The translations under genes were made by a program, and so were the position numbers. Positions 18,056-27,664 of a stretch of DNA of 62,375 nucleotides are shown one piece after another. The stretch lies in the NCBI GenBank assembly GCA_021782175.1, contig JAJXVL010000001.1, positions 1-62,375 on the forward strand, written 5' to 3'. The stretch is from a bacterium. GTDB taxonomy: Bacteria; Patescibacteriota; Minisyncoccia; Phycocordibacterales; PALSA-1337. The notes below the pieces were generated by a model that made no database searches, was not told where the DNA came from, and was given only the letters and a program-made list of their open reading frames with translations. Each line of letters opens with the position of its first letter. Position 1 is the stretch's first letter.

Positions 18056-19252
18056 ATGTACAAAAAAACCATTCGGATCATTGCCTTGTGCACGCTATCC
18101 TTGTTACTAGGCGTGACTATTGTGCCAAGATTGACCTCGGCTCAAACCTCGGTTGGTACGATTTCTGGTTGGGCTTGGTCTGGCACTATCGGCTGGCTCT
18201 CGGCCAATTCTAGCGATGCCGGCGCCGGCGGCGGTCCTTACTCCCTCAGTGTTGATTCGAGTGGTAATATCACCGGCGATATGTGGTCTCCTAACATTGG
18301 CTGGGTGCAGTTCGGCGGTTTGTCCGGTTTTCCTTCGAGCGGTAGCAACGCGGCCGTCAATCTTTCCTCCGGTGCTGTCACCGGCTGGGCTCGCGCCTGT
18401 GCCGGTACGGCCAATGGTGATTGTTCGAGTATGACTAGTCGCTCCGATGGTTGGGATGGCTGGATTGAGCTCTCTGGCACCAATCACGCCACCGGCGATT
18501 CGACTGGTAGTTCCGGCGTGACTTATGTGCCCTCCACCAAACAATTTGTCGGCTATGCCTGGGGCGGCCCGGTCGTTGGATGGATCCAATTCAATTCGCC
18601 GACTCCGGTTGTCTTCAATCCGACCGCCGCGCCGACAGTCGCTTGCAGTCCTTCTACCACTACACATCTTTCTTCGGCTGGTACGGTAACTTTCACTGCT
18701 TCGGCTTCCGGTGGATCCGGCGTTTATGACTATAGCTGGGATGGTGGGGTGACTTGGGTTTCCGGCAATACCGACACGATCACTTATAGCGCGCCGGGCG
18801 GTTCCGGTCCTTCACTCTATGTTCGTGATCACACTACGACCTCTTTGCAATCAGCCGCGTCGCCGTCTTGTGGAGCTGTGACTGTTACAGCCCCGGCCTC
18901 GGGCGCTCTCCTGATCGGTCCGACGGCTGCTACCGCCACCAAGACTTCTTTGCCGGTTGGTCGCGGTCAGTCATTCGATATCAAGTGGAACAATACTTTG
19001 CCGAGTGGTTACACCTGCTCACCTTCGGTGACGCCACCGGCTGGTCAGTCCGCCCCTTCCAACTGGACGGCTTGGACCGGTCAGAGTAATTTCTCTGGCA
19101 CTGGTGATACCGGTTTGATGCCGACAAATAGCAGCACTCCACTCGGCAAATATATCTTCACGCTCTATTGTTCCGATGGTATTCCGGGGGACGCAACCAT
19201 ATCAAACTCTGTCAATATGAATGTCACGGCTTCTTCGGAAGGGGAGATCTAA
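18056..19252 (+). CDS. Secreted protein with four W-x-x-x-GW[ILV]xF-type repeats and an Ig/PKD-like Ser/Thr-rich C-terminal half
   Basis: It has a signal peptide (MYKKTIRIIALCTLSLLLG...AQT). Repeats include GWAWSGTIGWLS, MWSPNIGWVQF, DGWDGWIEL and YAWGGPVVGWIQF. Confidence 0.6.
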   Translation: MYKKTIRIIALCTLSLLLGVTIVPRLTSAQTSVGTISGWAWSGTIGWLSANSSDAGAGGGPYSLSVDSSGNITGDMWSPNIGWVQFGGLSGFPSSGSNAAVNLSSGAVTGWARACAGTANGDCSSMTSRSDGWDGWIELSGTNHATGDSTGSSGVTYVPSTKQFVGYAWGGPVVGWIQFNSPTPVVFNPTAAPTVACSPSTTTHLSSAGTVTFTASASGGSGVYDYSWDGGVTWVSGNTDTITYSAPGGSGPSLYVRDHTTTSLQSAASPSCGAVTVTAPASGALLIGPTAATATKTSLPVGRGQSFDIKWNNTLPSGYTCSPSVTPPAGQSAPSNWTAWTGQSNFSGTGDTGLMPTNSSTPLGKYIFTLYCSDGIPGDATISNSVNMNVTASSEGEI

Positions 19253-19284
19253 TCGGTTTGCCGAAAGCTCGCTCAAATACTACT

Positions 19285-20109
19285 GTGCCTTTTCGCCGCG
19301 TCGACATTCATGCTCACACGCAATTTGCCGCCTTTGAAGCTGATCGAAAGGCTGTTATTGAGCGAGCTCTCTCTTCGGGCACTGCTATCATCAACGCCAG
19401 CACCAAACTGAGTACTTCTCGGGCGGCTGTGGCTTTGACCCAGGAATATCACGAGGGAGTCTACGCTTTTGTAGGTCTGCATCCCATCCATACCACGGCT
19501 TCCTTCCACGACGAGCAGGAATTGGGTCCGGGCAGTCAGCCTTTCTCCTCAACTGGCGAAGTGTTTGATCCGGCGGCTTATCGGACCATGCTGGCGGAGC
19601 CCAAAGTGCTGGGTATCGGTGAATGCGGTCTGGATTATTTCCACTTGGCTGACGATACCAAGGCCAAACAATGCGCGGCTTTCTCGGCTCAAATCGCTCT
19701 GGCCAATGAGACGGGCAAACCACTGATGCTCCATATCCGTGAGGCTTATGATGATGCTCTCGATATCTTGGCAACGGAGTCCAAAGTCGCTGGCGATGTG
19801 CATTTCTTCGCTGGGACGATCGAACAGGCCAAACGCTTCCTCGATCTCGGTTTCACCATCTCCTTCACCGGAGTGGTTACTTTTGCGGCGCAGTATGTAC
19901 CGCTCGTCGAATACGTGCCGCTGTCCATGATTCAGGCTGAGACGGATTGTCCCTACGTGGCGCCCGTGCCACATCGAGGCAAGCGCAACGAACCTTCGTA
20001 TGTGGCTGAGATTGTTGCCCGGATTGCCACTATCAAGAAACTGTCTCTCGAAACCGTGGAGACGGCGCTCCTCGAAAATGCCCGCCGAGTTTGGCGTTTG
20101 CCGTGCTAG
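19285..20109 (+). CDS. tatD: TatD-family metal-dependent DNase/hydrolase
   Basis: It has VDIHAHTQF at the N-terminus plus GECGLDY, MLHIREA and ETDCPY motifs. The GTG start was chosen after the upstream stop at 19252. Confidence 0.82.
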   Translation: MPFRRVDIHAHTQFAAFEADRKAVIERALSSGTAIINASTKLSTSRAAVALTQEYHEGVYAFVGLHPIHTTASFHDEQELGPGSQPFSSTGEVFDPAAYRTMLAEPKVLGIGECGLDYFHLADDTKAKQCAAFSAQIALANETGKPLMLHIREAYDDALDILATESKVAGDVHFFAGTIEQAKRFLDLGFTISFTGVVTFAAQYVPLVEYVPLSMIQAETDCPYVAPVPHRGKRNEPSYVAEIVARIATIKKLSLETVETALLENARRVWRLPC

Positions 20110-20117
20110 AATAAGTC

Positions 20118-20912
20118 ATGATCTCTCGCTTGCCAAAAAGCAAAAAAGCAAATGACACTGCGTCGACCCAGGAATTAAGTCGTCTGAGAGATGAGTTGGA
20201 ATCTCTGGAAAAACGCCAGAGCGAATTTGTTTCTTTTGCGGCCCACCAACTCCGCGCGCCGCTCACAGCTCTCAGAGGTTATGCCTCCTTGCTCCTAGAA
20301 GGGGATTTGGGCGCTCTGCCACCGGCTGCCGCCAGTGCCGCTGAGAAAATCTACGAGTCGGCGGGTCGGCTCACGGAAATCGTGGATGGTTATCTGGACA
20401 TCAATCACTTGGACACCGGAGTCATGAAATATGATTTTGCACCTGTCGACCTGCGTTTGCTGGTCGAGGAAATCATCGCCGAGCTGCAACCGATCATTGA
20501 CCGGTCGCCGGTGATTTTCAGTTTCCGAATCATTGATCCGGCGGCGACTTACCAAGTCTTGGCTGACCGGTCTCGATTGCGCCAAGCCATCACCAATTTG
20601 CTGGACAACGCTTTCAAATATACTCCGGCTGGTTCGGTGGAGCTTATTCTCAATCTGGATGAGCCACGTTCGAGGGTTGTTCTCGAGATAGCTGATACGG
20701 GTATCGGTATCGAACCGGAAGTCATGCCCAAACTTTTCCAGAAATTTTCTCGGGCTGATAATGCCAAGTTTTTCCATCGTCAAGGTTCCGGTCTGGGGCT
20801 ATTCGTGGCCCGAGAAATCATCGCGGCGCATCAGGGTGAGCTCCAGGCGCAAAGTGCCGGAGCTGGCCGCGGCGCCAAGTTTTCTATCTCTCTGGAACCT
20901 TTTGGGCGTTAA
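20118..20912 (+). CDS. Cytoplasmic sensor histidine kinase core (HisKA + HATPase_c, no TM or sensor domain)
   Basis: It has the H-box FAAHQLRAPLTAL, an N-box LLDNAFKY, and G-boxes DTGIGI/GSGLGL. Confidence 0.82.
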   Translation: MISRLPKSKKANDTASTQELSRLRDELESLEKRQSEFVSFAAHQLRAPLTALRGYASLLLEGDLGALPPAAASAAEKIYESAGRLTEIVDGYLDINHLDTGVMKYDFAPVDLRLLVEEIIAELQPIIDRSPVIFSFRIIDPAATYQVLADRSRLRQAITNLLDNAFKYTPAGSVELILNLDEPRSRVVLEIADTGIGIEPEVMPKLFQKFSRADNAKFFHRQGSGLGLFVAREIIAAHQGELQAQSAGAGRGAKFSISLEPFGR

Positions 20913-20929
20913 TGTGATAGTATTTGGCC

Positions 20930-22765
20930 ATGTCTAATGCATCTACTACACAAACTAACCCAGCCGCCCAAACCAAGACCAAAGCCGAAACCAAACAGGA
21001 TTTTCGCCGTGGCCTCAGAGCTATTTGGCGCCATCTGAGCAGTTGGCGGCGTGAGATCAACTGGCTGATTGCTCTCGGTATCATCTCAGCTATTGCCAAT
21101 GGGTCTGTGCCGTATGTGACTGGCCGCTTCTTCGATGCTTTGATTCACTTGTCCCAACATCAAGTGCTGACGAACCCTTGGACTGGTTGGCCCTTGTGGG
21201 TTCTTTTCCTGGTTTTGTGGTTGTTGGTGCAAGTTGTAGCCAACAATGTCGATTGGATCAGAGATCGTATGCGCCGCCGTGTTGATTCTGGCGTGCAATT
21301 CAAAGTCCAAACCGACGGTTTTGTGCATATGCTTCGTTTACCTCTGACATATCACAAAAACACTCATACCAACGGTGATTTGCAGAAGATCAGTATGGCT
21401 TCGTGGCGTATCTCGGCCATTATCGGTCTCATGAGCAATATGGCCCCGCAGCTTCTGAGCGTGCTCATTGGTATCACTCTCGCCGCCAGCATCAACTTGT
21501 CTCTATCCGGTATTTTGGCGTTGGGTGTGATCGTCTATTTGGCTCTGCTTGTGAAGATTCTGATGCCGATTGCTGCTATCGACAGTCAGGCACATCGTTC
21601 CTGGAATGAGAGCTGGGATGATGCCGCGGCTTCGGTACAGCAAGTCGAATCCGTCAAACAGGCTGCCGCCGAAAAATACGAGACTGATAAGGTGCGCGAA
21701 TCATTGCTAGGGAAGACCTTGGGTCTGTGGATGAAGCTAGAGAAACATTGGAGCAACATCAGCTTCTTCCAGCAATTCGTGGTGATGTTGACTCAGCTGA
21801 CAATCTTCATTATCTCGGTGCGTCTCATTGCCACAGGTGCAATTACCGTCGGTGAGCTAGTGGCGCTCAATGGCTATGCGCTGATGTTCTTCGGGCCATT
21901 CGTGTCCATTGGCTACAATTGGCAGAATATCCAGAATGGCATCACCGCCGCGGCTGCCGTAGACAAGATTTTCCAGGAACCGGAAGAAGTTTATCAGCCA
22001 GTCGAGGCGGTGGCGCCGAGCTCTTTCCGCGGCCAAGTCATCTTCGATCATGTTTCTTTCCGTTACGCTCCCCATCAGCCGATCGTCTTGCATGATCTCA
22101 ATATTACCGTGGAGCCCGGCCAGGTCGTGGCTCTGGTAGGGGAGTCCGGGGTCGGCAAGAGCACTGCCATCTCCCTTATTTCCGGCTATCATTTCCCGTC
22201 AGAGGGAACCGTGCGAATTGATGGTTATGACACGCGCACGCTTGATTTGCACGAATTACGCCGGCATATTGCGGTCGTGCCGCAGGAAGTGGCTCTCTTC
22301 AACAATTCTATCAAGGCCAATATCCGTTACGGTTCCTTCGAGGCTAGCGATGAAGCGGTGGCCAGAGTCGCGCAGGAAGCGCATATTGATGAATTTGTCC
22401 AAGCGATGCCTGAGAAATATGACACTCTGGTTGGTGAGCGCGGCATCAAGCTCTCGGTGGGTCAGAAACAGCGCGTGGCTATCGCCAGAGCCATGTTGCG
22501 AGAACCGGCCATCCTGATTCTGGATGAGCCGACTAGCGCCCTGGACGCCCATACGGAGCAGATTGTGACTACGGCCATGGAGAAGCTCATGCACGGCCGG
22601 ACAACCTTCATCATCGCGCACCGTCTCTCGACTGTGCGCCAAGCGGACATGATCTTGGTTTTCGACAAAGGTCACATTGCCGAGAGCGGCAAGCATCAAG
22701 AATTGATCAACAAACCAGATGGTATTTACCGCCGTTTGTACGAATATCAAGTTGGTTTGCACTAA
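20930..22765 (+). CDS. ABC exporter, fused permease/ATPase (MsbA-like)
   Basis: It has a six-TM N-terminal half, Walker A GESGVGKST, the signature LSVGQKQR and Walker B ILILDEPTS. Confidence 0.9.
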   Translation: MSNASTTQTNPAAQTKTKAETKQDFRRGLRAIWRHLSSWRREINWLIALGIISAIANGSVPYVTGRFFDALIHLSQHQVLTNPWTGWPLWVLFLVLWLLVQVVANNVDWIRDRMRRRVDSGVQFKVQTDGFVHMLRLPLTYHKNTHTNGDLQKISMASWRISAIIGLMSNMAPQLLSVLIGITLAASINLSLSGILALGVIVYLALLVKILMPIAAIDSQAHRSWNESWDDAAASVQQVESVKQAAAEKYETDKVRESLLGKTLGLWMKLEKHWSNISFFQQFVVMLTQLTIFIISVRLIATGAITVGELVALNGYALMFFGPFVSIGYNWQNIQNGITAAAAVDKIFQEPEEVYQPVEAVAPSSFRGQVIFDHVSFRYAPHQPIVLHDLNITVEPGQVVALVGESGVGKSTAISLISGYHFPSEGTVRIDGYDTRTLDLHELRRHIAVVPQEVALFNNSIKANIRYGSFEASDEAVARVAQEAHIDEFVQAMPEKYDTLVGERGIKLSVGQKQRVAIARAMLREPAILILDEPTSALDAHTEQIVTTAMEKLMHGRTTFIIAHRLSTVRQADMILVFDKGHIAESGKHQELINKPDGIYRRLYEYQVGLH

Positions 22766-22809
22766 GTCCACGGACAGAGTGGTGCCCGAGAATTACAAGA
22801 CAAGAAAGG

Positions 22810-23292
22810 TTACTTTTGCGCAGCTTCTTCTCGGAGCAGACTTTCCACAGCGGCCCTCACATCAGCACCATCAGCCGTGCCGGCGAGCTCTTTCATCATG
22901 AGGCCAACGATCTTGCCGCTGGCCTTTGGGTCAAAATTGCCTTCGGCCTTCAGTTTCTCTATCCGTTGATGCACGATGAGTTTCACTTCGGCCGGGGTCA
23001 TCATTGCTGGCAGATAAGCTTCCAGAATGGATAGTTCCGAGCGCTCCTTGGCGGCTAGATCTGGTCGGCCACCCTTCTCGAACTGCTCGATCGAATCCTT
23101 GCGCTGTTTGACGCTGCGTTTCACTAGAGCCAGGACTTTGTCGTCCGAGAGGAATTCCTGATCGCCTGGTGTTTTGCTGGTGAGCATTTCATTCTGACAT
23201 AGGGCGTTCAGACCTCGCAGGGTGTCCAACCTGATGGTATCCTTGGCGCGTAGAGCCTCCTTGATCTCTTCTTTGATGGTTTGGTGAAGCAT
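22810..23292 (-). CDS. yqeY: GatB/YqeY domain protein
   Basis: 160 aa and YqeY-like throughout (MLHQTIKEEIKEALRAKD...ILEAYLP). Confidence 0.8.
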   Translation of the reverse strand: MLHQTIKEEIKEALRAKDTIRLDTLRGLNALCQNEMLTSKTPGDQEFLSDDKVLALVKRSVKQRKDSIEQFEKGGRPDLAAKERSELSILEAYLPAMMTPAEVKLIVHQRIEKLKAEGNFDPKASGKIVGLMMKELAGTADGADVRAAVESLLREEAAQK

Positions 23293-23326
23293 GTTATTTC
23301 CGATATACTTGATATACTATAAAAAT

Positions 23327-24418
23327 ATGGAATCAATCCTCGTTATTCTAGTCCTTTTGGTCCTGATTGCCAATGGCGTCTTTTTCTACCTGAGTCGGCG
23401 TCCAGCCCATGAGAACAAGCCGGAAGAATCACACGGTGACGGCCTGAAACTCATTTTGGAGCAAGTTAACGAGCTTTCTCGTACTGTTGATCGCAAGGTC
23501 AATGATCTAACGCGCTCCGTTGATACCAAGATGCACGAATCAGCCCGCTCTATGCAGGAGTCCATGCGTGCTCAACTCTCGGAATCTTCGCAGTTGATCA
23601 AGGAGGTGACTCAGGGCCTGACCAAACTCGACGAGACTAATCGCCAGGTGGTCTCCTTCGCGGACCAGCTCCAGAATCTACAGGATATTCTGAAGAATCC
23701 CAAGCACCGCGGTATTCTCGGTGAGTATTATCTGGAGGCTTTGCTCAAGAATGTTCTAGCTCCCGGACAATATCAGATGCAATACGCTTTCCAGAATGGG
23801 GAAATCGTAGACGCCGCGGTCTTCGTCAAAGACAAGATCATCCCGATTGACTCGAAGTTTTCTCTGGAAAATTACAACAAATTGGCCGAAGAGAAAAACC
23901 CGGCCGAGCGCGAGCGTCTGGAGAAGGCTTTCGTCGGTGATCTGAAAATACGCATTCAGGAAACCGCCAAGTATGTCCGGCCGGCCGAGGGGACTATGGA
24001 CTTCGCCTTCATGTTTATTCCACATGAGGCTATTTATTATGACCTCTTGGTCAACAAAATCGGCGTGGTGACTGAGGAAACGGACAATTTGATCCAACGG
24101 GCGGCCAGCAAGTACAAAGTCATTATCGTTTCGCCGACTTCCTTCTTGGCTTATCTGCAGACGGTTCTCCAAGGTCTCAAAGCGCTACAGATCGAGGAAA
24201 CCGCCAAGGATATCATCAAGCGAGTGGGGGAGCTGGGTACTCATCTCAACAAATATGCCGAATACCATGCCAAATTGGGCGTTTCTCTGGCGACTGTGGT
24301 CAATCACTACAATCATGCCGGCCGGGAATTCAAGAAGGTTGACAAGGATGTTTTGCGTATTACGGGCGAGGCTCCGGGGATTGAAACAGCCGTCCTAGAC
24401 AAGCCGGAAGAAGCCTAG
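23327..24418 (+). CDS. rmuC: DNA recombination protein RmuC
   Basis: It has an N-terminal TM helix, a long coiled coil and an RmuC C-terminal nuclease-like region (FMFIPHEAIYYD). Confidence 0.82.
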   Translation: MESILVILVLLVLIANGVFFYLSRRPAHENKPEESHGDGLKLILEQVNELSRTVDRKVNDLTRSVDTKMHESARSMQESMRAQLSESSQLIKEVTQGLTKLDETNRQVVSFADQLQNLQDILKNPKHRGILGEYYLEALLKNVLAPGQYQMQYAFQNGEIVDAAVFVKDKIIPIDSKFSLENYNKLAEEKNPAERERLEKAFVGDLKIRIQETAKYVRPAEGTMDFAFMFIPHEAIYYDLLVNKIGVVTEETDNLIQRAASKYKVIIVSPTSFLAYLQTVLQGLKALQIEETAKDIIKRVGELGTHLNKYAEYHAKLGVSLATVVNHYNHAGREFKKVDKDVLRITGEAPGIETAVLDKPEEA

Positions 24419-24460
24419 AGGATTGCAAAATCCAAGGAACCATGTATAATGGGACGCATT

Positions 24461-24781
24461 ATGGAATTTGCAGTTATCCAAACCGGCGGCAAGCAATACA
24501 CCGTTTCCAAGGGTGATGTAGTCACTATTGAGAAGCTTTCGGGCACGCACAAAGTCGGCGATACCATCGTTTTTGACAAGGTTTTGCTGGTGGATGACGG
24601 CAAAGACACTTCGATCGGCACGCCTTATTTGCCGAAGGCCAAGGTGACCGGTACTCTGACGGAGATTGGTCATGCCAAGACTGTTCTGGTGGTCAAGTAT
24701 CGCCAGAAGAACCGTTCCGGCTGGAAGCGCAATGGTCACCGCCAACCTTTCTTCAAGGTCAAGATTGAGGATCTCAAATAA
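24461..24781 (+). CDS. rplU: 50S ribosomal protein L21
   Basis: It begins MEFAVIQTGGKQYTVSKGD. An alternative ATG at 24449 is possible. Confidence 0.92.
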   Translation: MEFAVIQTGGKQYTVSKGDVVTIEKLSGTHKVGDTIVFDKVLLVDDGKDTSIGTPYLPKAKVTGTLTEIGHAKTVLVVKYRQKNRSGWKRNGHRQPFFKVKIEDLK

Positions 24782-24794
24782 TTGTTTTTAGAAT

Positions 24795-24826
24795 AAAAAA
24801 GCTTCGTCAAACGAGGCTTTTTTTGA
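24795..24826. terminator. Bidirectional rho-independent terminator (A-run, GCTTCGT/ACGAGGC stem, T-run)
   Basis: The sequence is AAAAAAGCTTCGTCAAACGAGGCTTTTTTT, directly after rplU. Confidence 0.75.
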
Positions 24827-24832
24827 ACAATA

Positions 24833-25125
24833 ATATCGGAGAACAGGTTGTCTGTCGGAGAGTAGCTGTACCCTTAGCGGGAACTCCACTTGAAATATCA
24901 TTAAACCGAGTTAGCTCTAGAAGCATTGGGACTTCAATGCTTCTAGGGCTTTCAGGACTGCCAATCAGTGAATCCAATACCAAGGCCCCGTCAATAGAGT
25001 TTTTGAGAGACCGAGGACTGTCTGAGCGGAGCGGGAGCGTAGCGAGTTTCGCAGGGCTCTCAAAAACTACTATTGATGGGGCTAAAGTCTGGGTGCGATT
25101 AAGTTAAGTAGCAGTACTCAAGTAA
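24833..25125. repeat. Mosaic nested-palindrome repeat cluster, locus L3. It contains left Q-type arms at 24833-24893, a short D hairpin at 24917-24947, and G + P hairpin + tail at 24963-25125.
   Basis: 24963-25087 matches 27911-28035 at 124 of 125 positions (hand comparison). Confidence 0.88.
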
Positions 25126-25143
25126 ATCTTATGGTAATTACGA

Positions 25144-25755
25144 CTAGTGTCGATTCTGTAGAGCATTCCTGATGGTTTCGTTGTCGGCGTATTCGAGTTC
25201 GGCCCCAGTTGAGAGACCGCGCCCGAGGACGGTGACCTTCATGTTTGGTATATTTTTCTGCAGAGCCGCATGTACTATTTCTGCCGTGTGCTCGCCGTCG
25301 GGGGTAGTATTCAAAGACAGGATAATTTCCTTGAGCTCGGTATTCTGACGCACCTGATCCAAGAGTTTTTGGAGCCTGATTTTCTTGTCGGGTTCCTGAT
25401 CGAGGATCGGTACCGTCCCACCCAAGATGAAATAGAGACCTTTGTAGGCGCCACTTTTCTCAATGGATTCAAAATCTACATCGCGAGCTACGATCATCAG
25501 TTTTTCATGATCGCGTGCGGCATCAGTGCAAATATTGCAGTCCGCGGCACCGGTAGTCGTTTTACCGGCCAAGAAGAAGCGATGACAGACGGGACATTCA
25601 GTACTGTTTTGTTTGACGGCCATCACCAAGTCAGCGAATTCCTTCACGGTGCTTTGCGAGCGGCTGAGGAGATAATAAACAAAGCGCCTGGCTTGGCGTG
25701 GTCCGATGCCCGGAAAATGAGCGAAGATTTCCTCCAGCCGACGCAGGTTGTCCAT
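25144..25755 (-). CDS. recR: Recombination protein RecR
   Basis: It has an HhH N-terminus (LPGIGPRQARR), a Cys4 zinc finger (CPVCHRFF...CNIC) and a Toprim region. Confidence 0.9.
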   Translation of the reverse strand: MDNLRRLEEIFAHFPGIGPRQARRFVYYLLSRSQSTVKEFADLVMAVKQNSTECPVCHRFFLAGKTTTGAADCNICTDAARDHEKLMIVARDVDFESIEKSGAYKGLYFILGGTVPILDQEPDKKIRLQKLLDQVRQNTELKEIILSLNTTPDGEHTAEIVHAALQKNIPNMKVTVLGRGLSTGAELEYADNETIRNALQNRH

Positions 25756-25776
25756 AGGGTAATCTTAGCGGCTAAA

Positions 25777-27159
25777 TCAAACCTTGTCGAATTCTCCGAA
25801 GTCGGCCTTGTCCACTGACAGGAAGGTGGTCTTCTTGGTATCGAAGTATAGTTTGACCGTACCGGTTGGGCCGTTACGATGCTTCTCAATCAGGATCTCG
25901 GCTTCTTCCTTGCGGCCGCCTTGGTCCTGGTCGGCTTCGCGGTGAATGAACATGACCACATCAGCGTCTTGTTCGATGGAGCCAGAATCACGCAAGTCTG
26001 AGAGGCGTGGTTTGCCGCCACGCTGTTCTACCGCACGAGAGAGCTGAGACAGCGCCAGGACGGGCACCTCGAGCTCACGAGCCATGTTCTTGAGCGAGCG
26101 GGAAATTTCGGTGACTTGCTGGACGAGGTTGTCATTGTAGCGGCCGGCATTGGTTGGCACCATGAGTTGCAAATAGTCTACGACGACCAAGCCCAAGCCT
26201 TTCTCGGCCTTGAGACGGCGTGCCACAGCGCGCATTTTGATGATGTTGTTGCCCGGCTGATCATCGATATATATAGGTGCCTCGGAGAGACGGCTGATAG
26301 CGTCGCCAATAGCCTTGAAGTCATTCTCGACCGAGAGATTGTGACCAGTACGCAATTTCCAAGCATCGACATGAGACTCGGCGGCCAACATACGATCTAC
26401 CAGCTGTTGAGAGCTCATTTCCAGGGAGAAGATGGCTACCGGCACCTTGTGGTTGACGGCGGCTTTGCGGGCAATATCGAGCGCTAGGGAAGTCTTACCC
26501 ATAGAGGGTCGAGCCGCTAGGATGATCAGATCTGATTTCTGGAAGCCGGCCAACTTGCCGTCAATTTCCTGGAAGCCGCTCGGCACGCCGCGGAGCTCGT
26601 TGCGGGTATTGTGCAAATGATCAATGCGTTCCCAAGCTTCATCCAGCGTATCCTTCAAAGCGACAAACTTGTGTGAGCCGGTTTTGTTGGTGACGGCGTA
26701 GAGTTCCTTCTCGGCTTTTTCCAAAAGGTCATGCAGATCAGCTTCTTCCTCATAGCCGAGCCCGCTGATGACTTCGGCGGCACGGATGAGTTCACGCATA
26801 ACATGCTTCTTCTCGACAATTTCCGCATAATAGCTGGCATTGGTGGAAGAAGGTACCGTGTTGATGAGCTCAGTCAAATAAGTCATGCCGCCGATGTCTT
26901 CTAGTTGGCCTTTTTCTTTGAGACGAGCTGAAACAGACAGGAGATCAATCGGGGTGTTCTTGTTATGCAATTCCGAAAGCACGCCCCAGATCTGCCGATG
27001 GCTGGTGGCGTAGAATGACTGTTCATGCACTACATCCATGACATCATGCATGGCTTCACCACGAATCATAACTGAGCCCAAAAGTGCTTTTTCGGCCTCG
27101 AGATTTTGAGGTGGAATCTTCAGATCGCGGGCTTTGAGATAGGGTGAAACGGGGGCCAT
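25777..27159 (-). CDS. dnaB: Replicative DNA helicase DnaB
   Basis: It has PPQNLEAEKALLGSVM at the N-terminus and Walker A ARPSMGKTS. The start was trimmed to MAPVSPYL. Confidence 0.92.
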   Translation of the reverse strand: MAPVSPYLKARDLKIPPQNLEAEKALLGSVMIRGEAMHDVMDVVHEQSFYATSHRQIWGVLSELHNKNTPIDLLSVSARLKEKGQLEDIGGMTYLTELINTVPSSTNASYYAEIVEKKHVMRELIRAAEVISGLGYEEEADLHDLLEKAEKELYAVTNKTGSHKFVALKDTLDEAWERIDHLHNTRNELRGVPSGFQEIDGKLAGFQKSDLIILAARPSMGKTSLALDIARKAAVNHKVPVAIFSLEMSSQQLVDRMLAAESHVDAWKLRTGHNLSVENDFKAIGDAISRLSEAPIYIDDQPGNNIIKMRAVARRLKAEKGLGLVVVDYLQLMVPTNAGRYNDNLVQQVTEISRSLKNMARELEVPVLALSQLSRAVEQRGGKPRLSDLRDSGSIEQDADVVMFIHREADQDQGGRKEEAEILIEKHRNGPTGTVKLYFDTKKTTFLSVDKADFGEFDKV

Positions 27160-27403
27160 ATTTTTGTTTTGATGTTTTGATTGTAACACAATGCTACTAG
27201 CACCCAAGACTTGAATCTGGAACTACATAGGGGAAAAACTGTGGATGATTAGAGACTGATTTTTTCATCAGCTTTTGAGGCAAAATGCACGGAAAATTGA
27301 GTCTTTTTTGAGAAATATTTGAATGTGATCTTGCTAAAGTGCCGCTATTATTTGTTAATCGCGATTTGTTTGAGTCCAAGACTTCGATCGAATCGCCGCC
27401 ACT

Positions 27404-27664
27404 ATGTCTCTAGAACAAAAGGATATTGAGTGCTTGGAACGAGTTATTTACAAAAATAGTGATGATATTGCCGTGTCCATCGGACGTAGCTTCGAGCGAT
27501 TGGAGGAGAGGATTGATGCTGTGGAATCACGCATTTATAGTCGACTCAATGATCTCGAGGAAAAAATCGAATCCGCCAGACAAGATTTGGCTGATGAGTT
27601 CGGTGAAGTCAAAGCTGAATTGCGTGAACTGACTAGGCTTGATAGGGAAGTCGAGGCGGATTAG
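27404..27664 (+). CDS. Small acidic coiled-coil hypothetical protein
   Basis: An 86-aa ORF with heptad-like charged repeats. I recognise no family. Confidence 0.4.
   Translation: MSLEQKDIECLERVIYKNSDDIAVSIGRSFERLEERIDAVESRIYSRLNDLEEKIESARQDLADEFGEVKAELRELTRLDREVEAD

Noticed and set aside
18056-19252. A diversity-generating retroelement target (variable repeat) in the secreted repeat protein.
   Set aside because: The window has no reverse transcriptase gene and no template-repeat copy of the C-terminal coding region.
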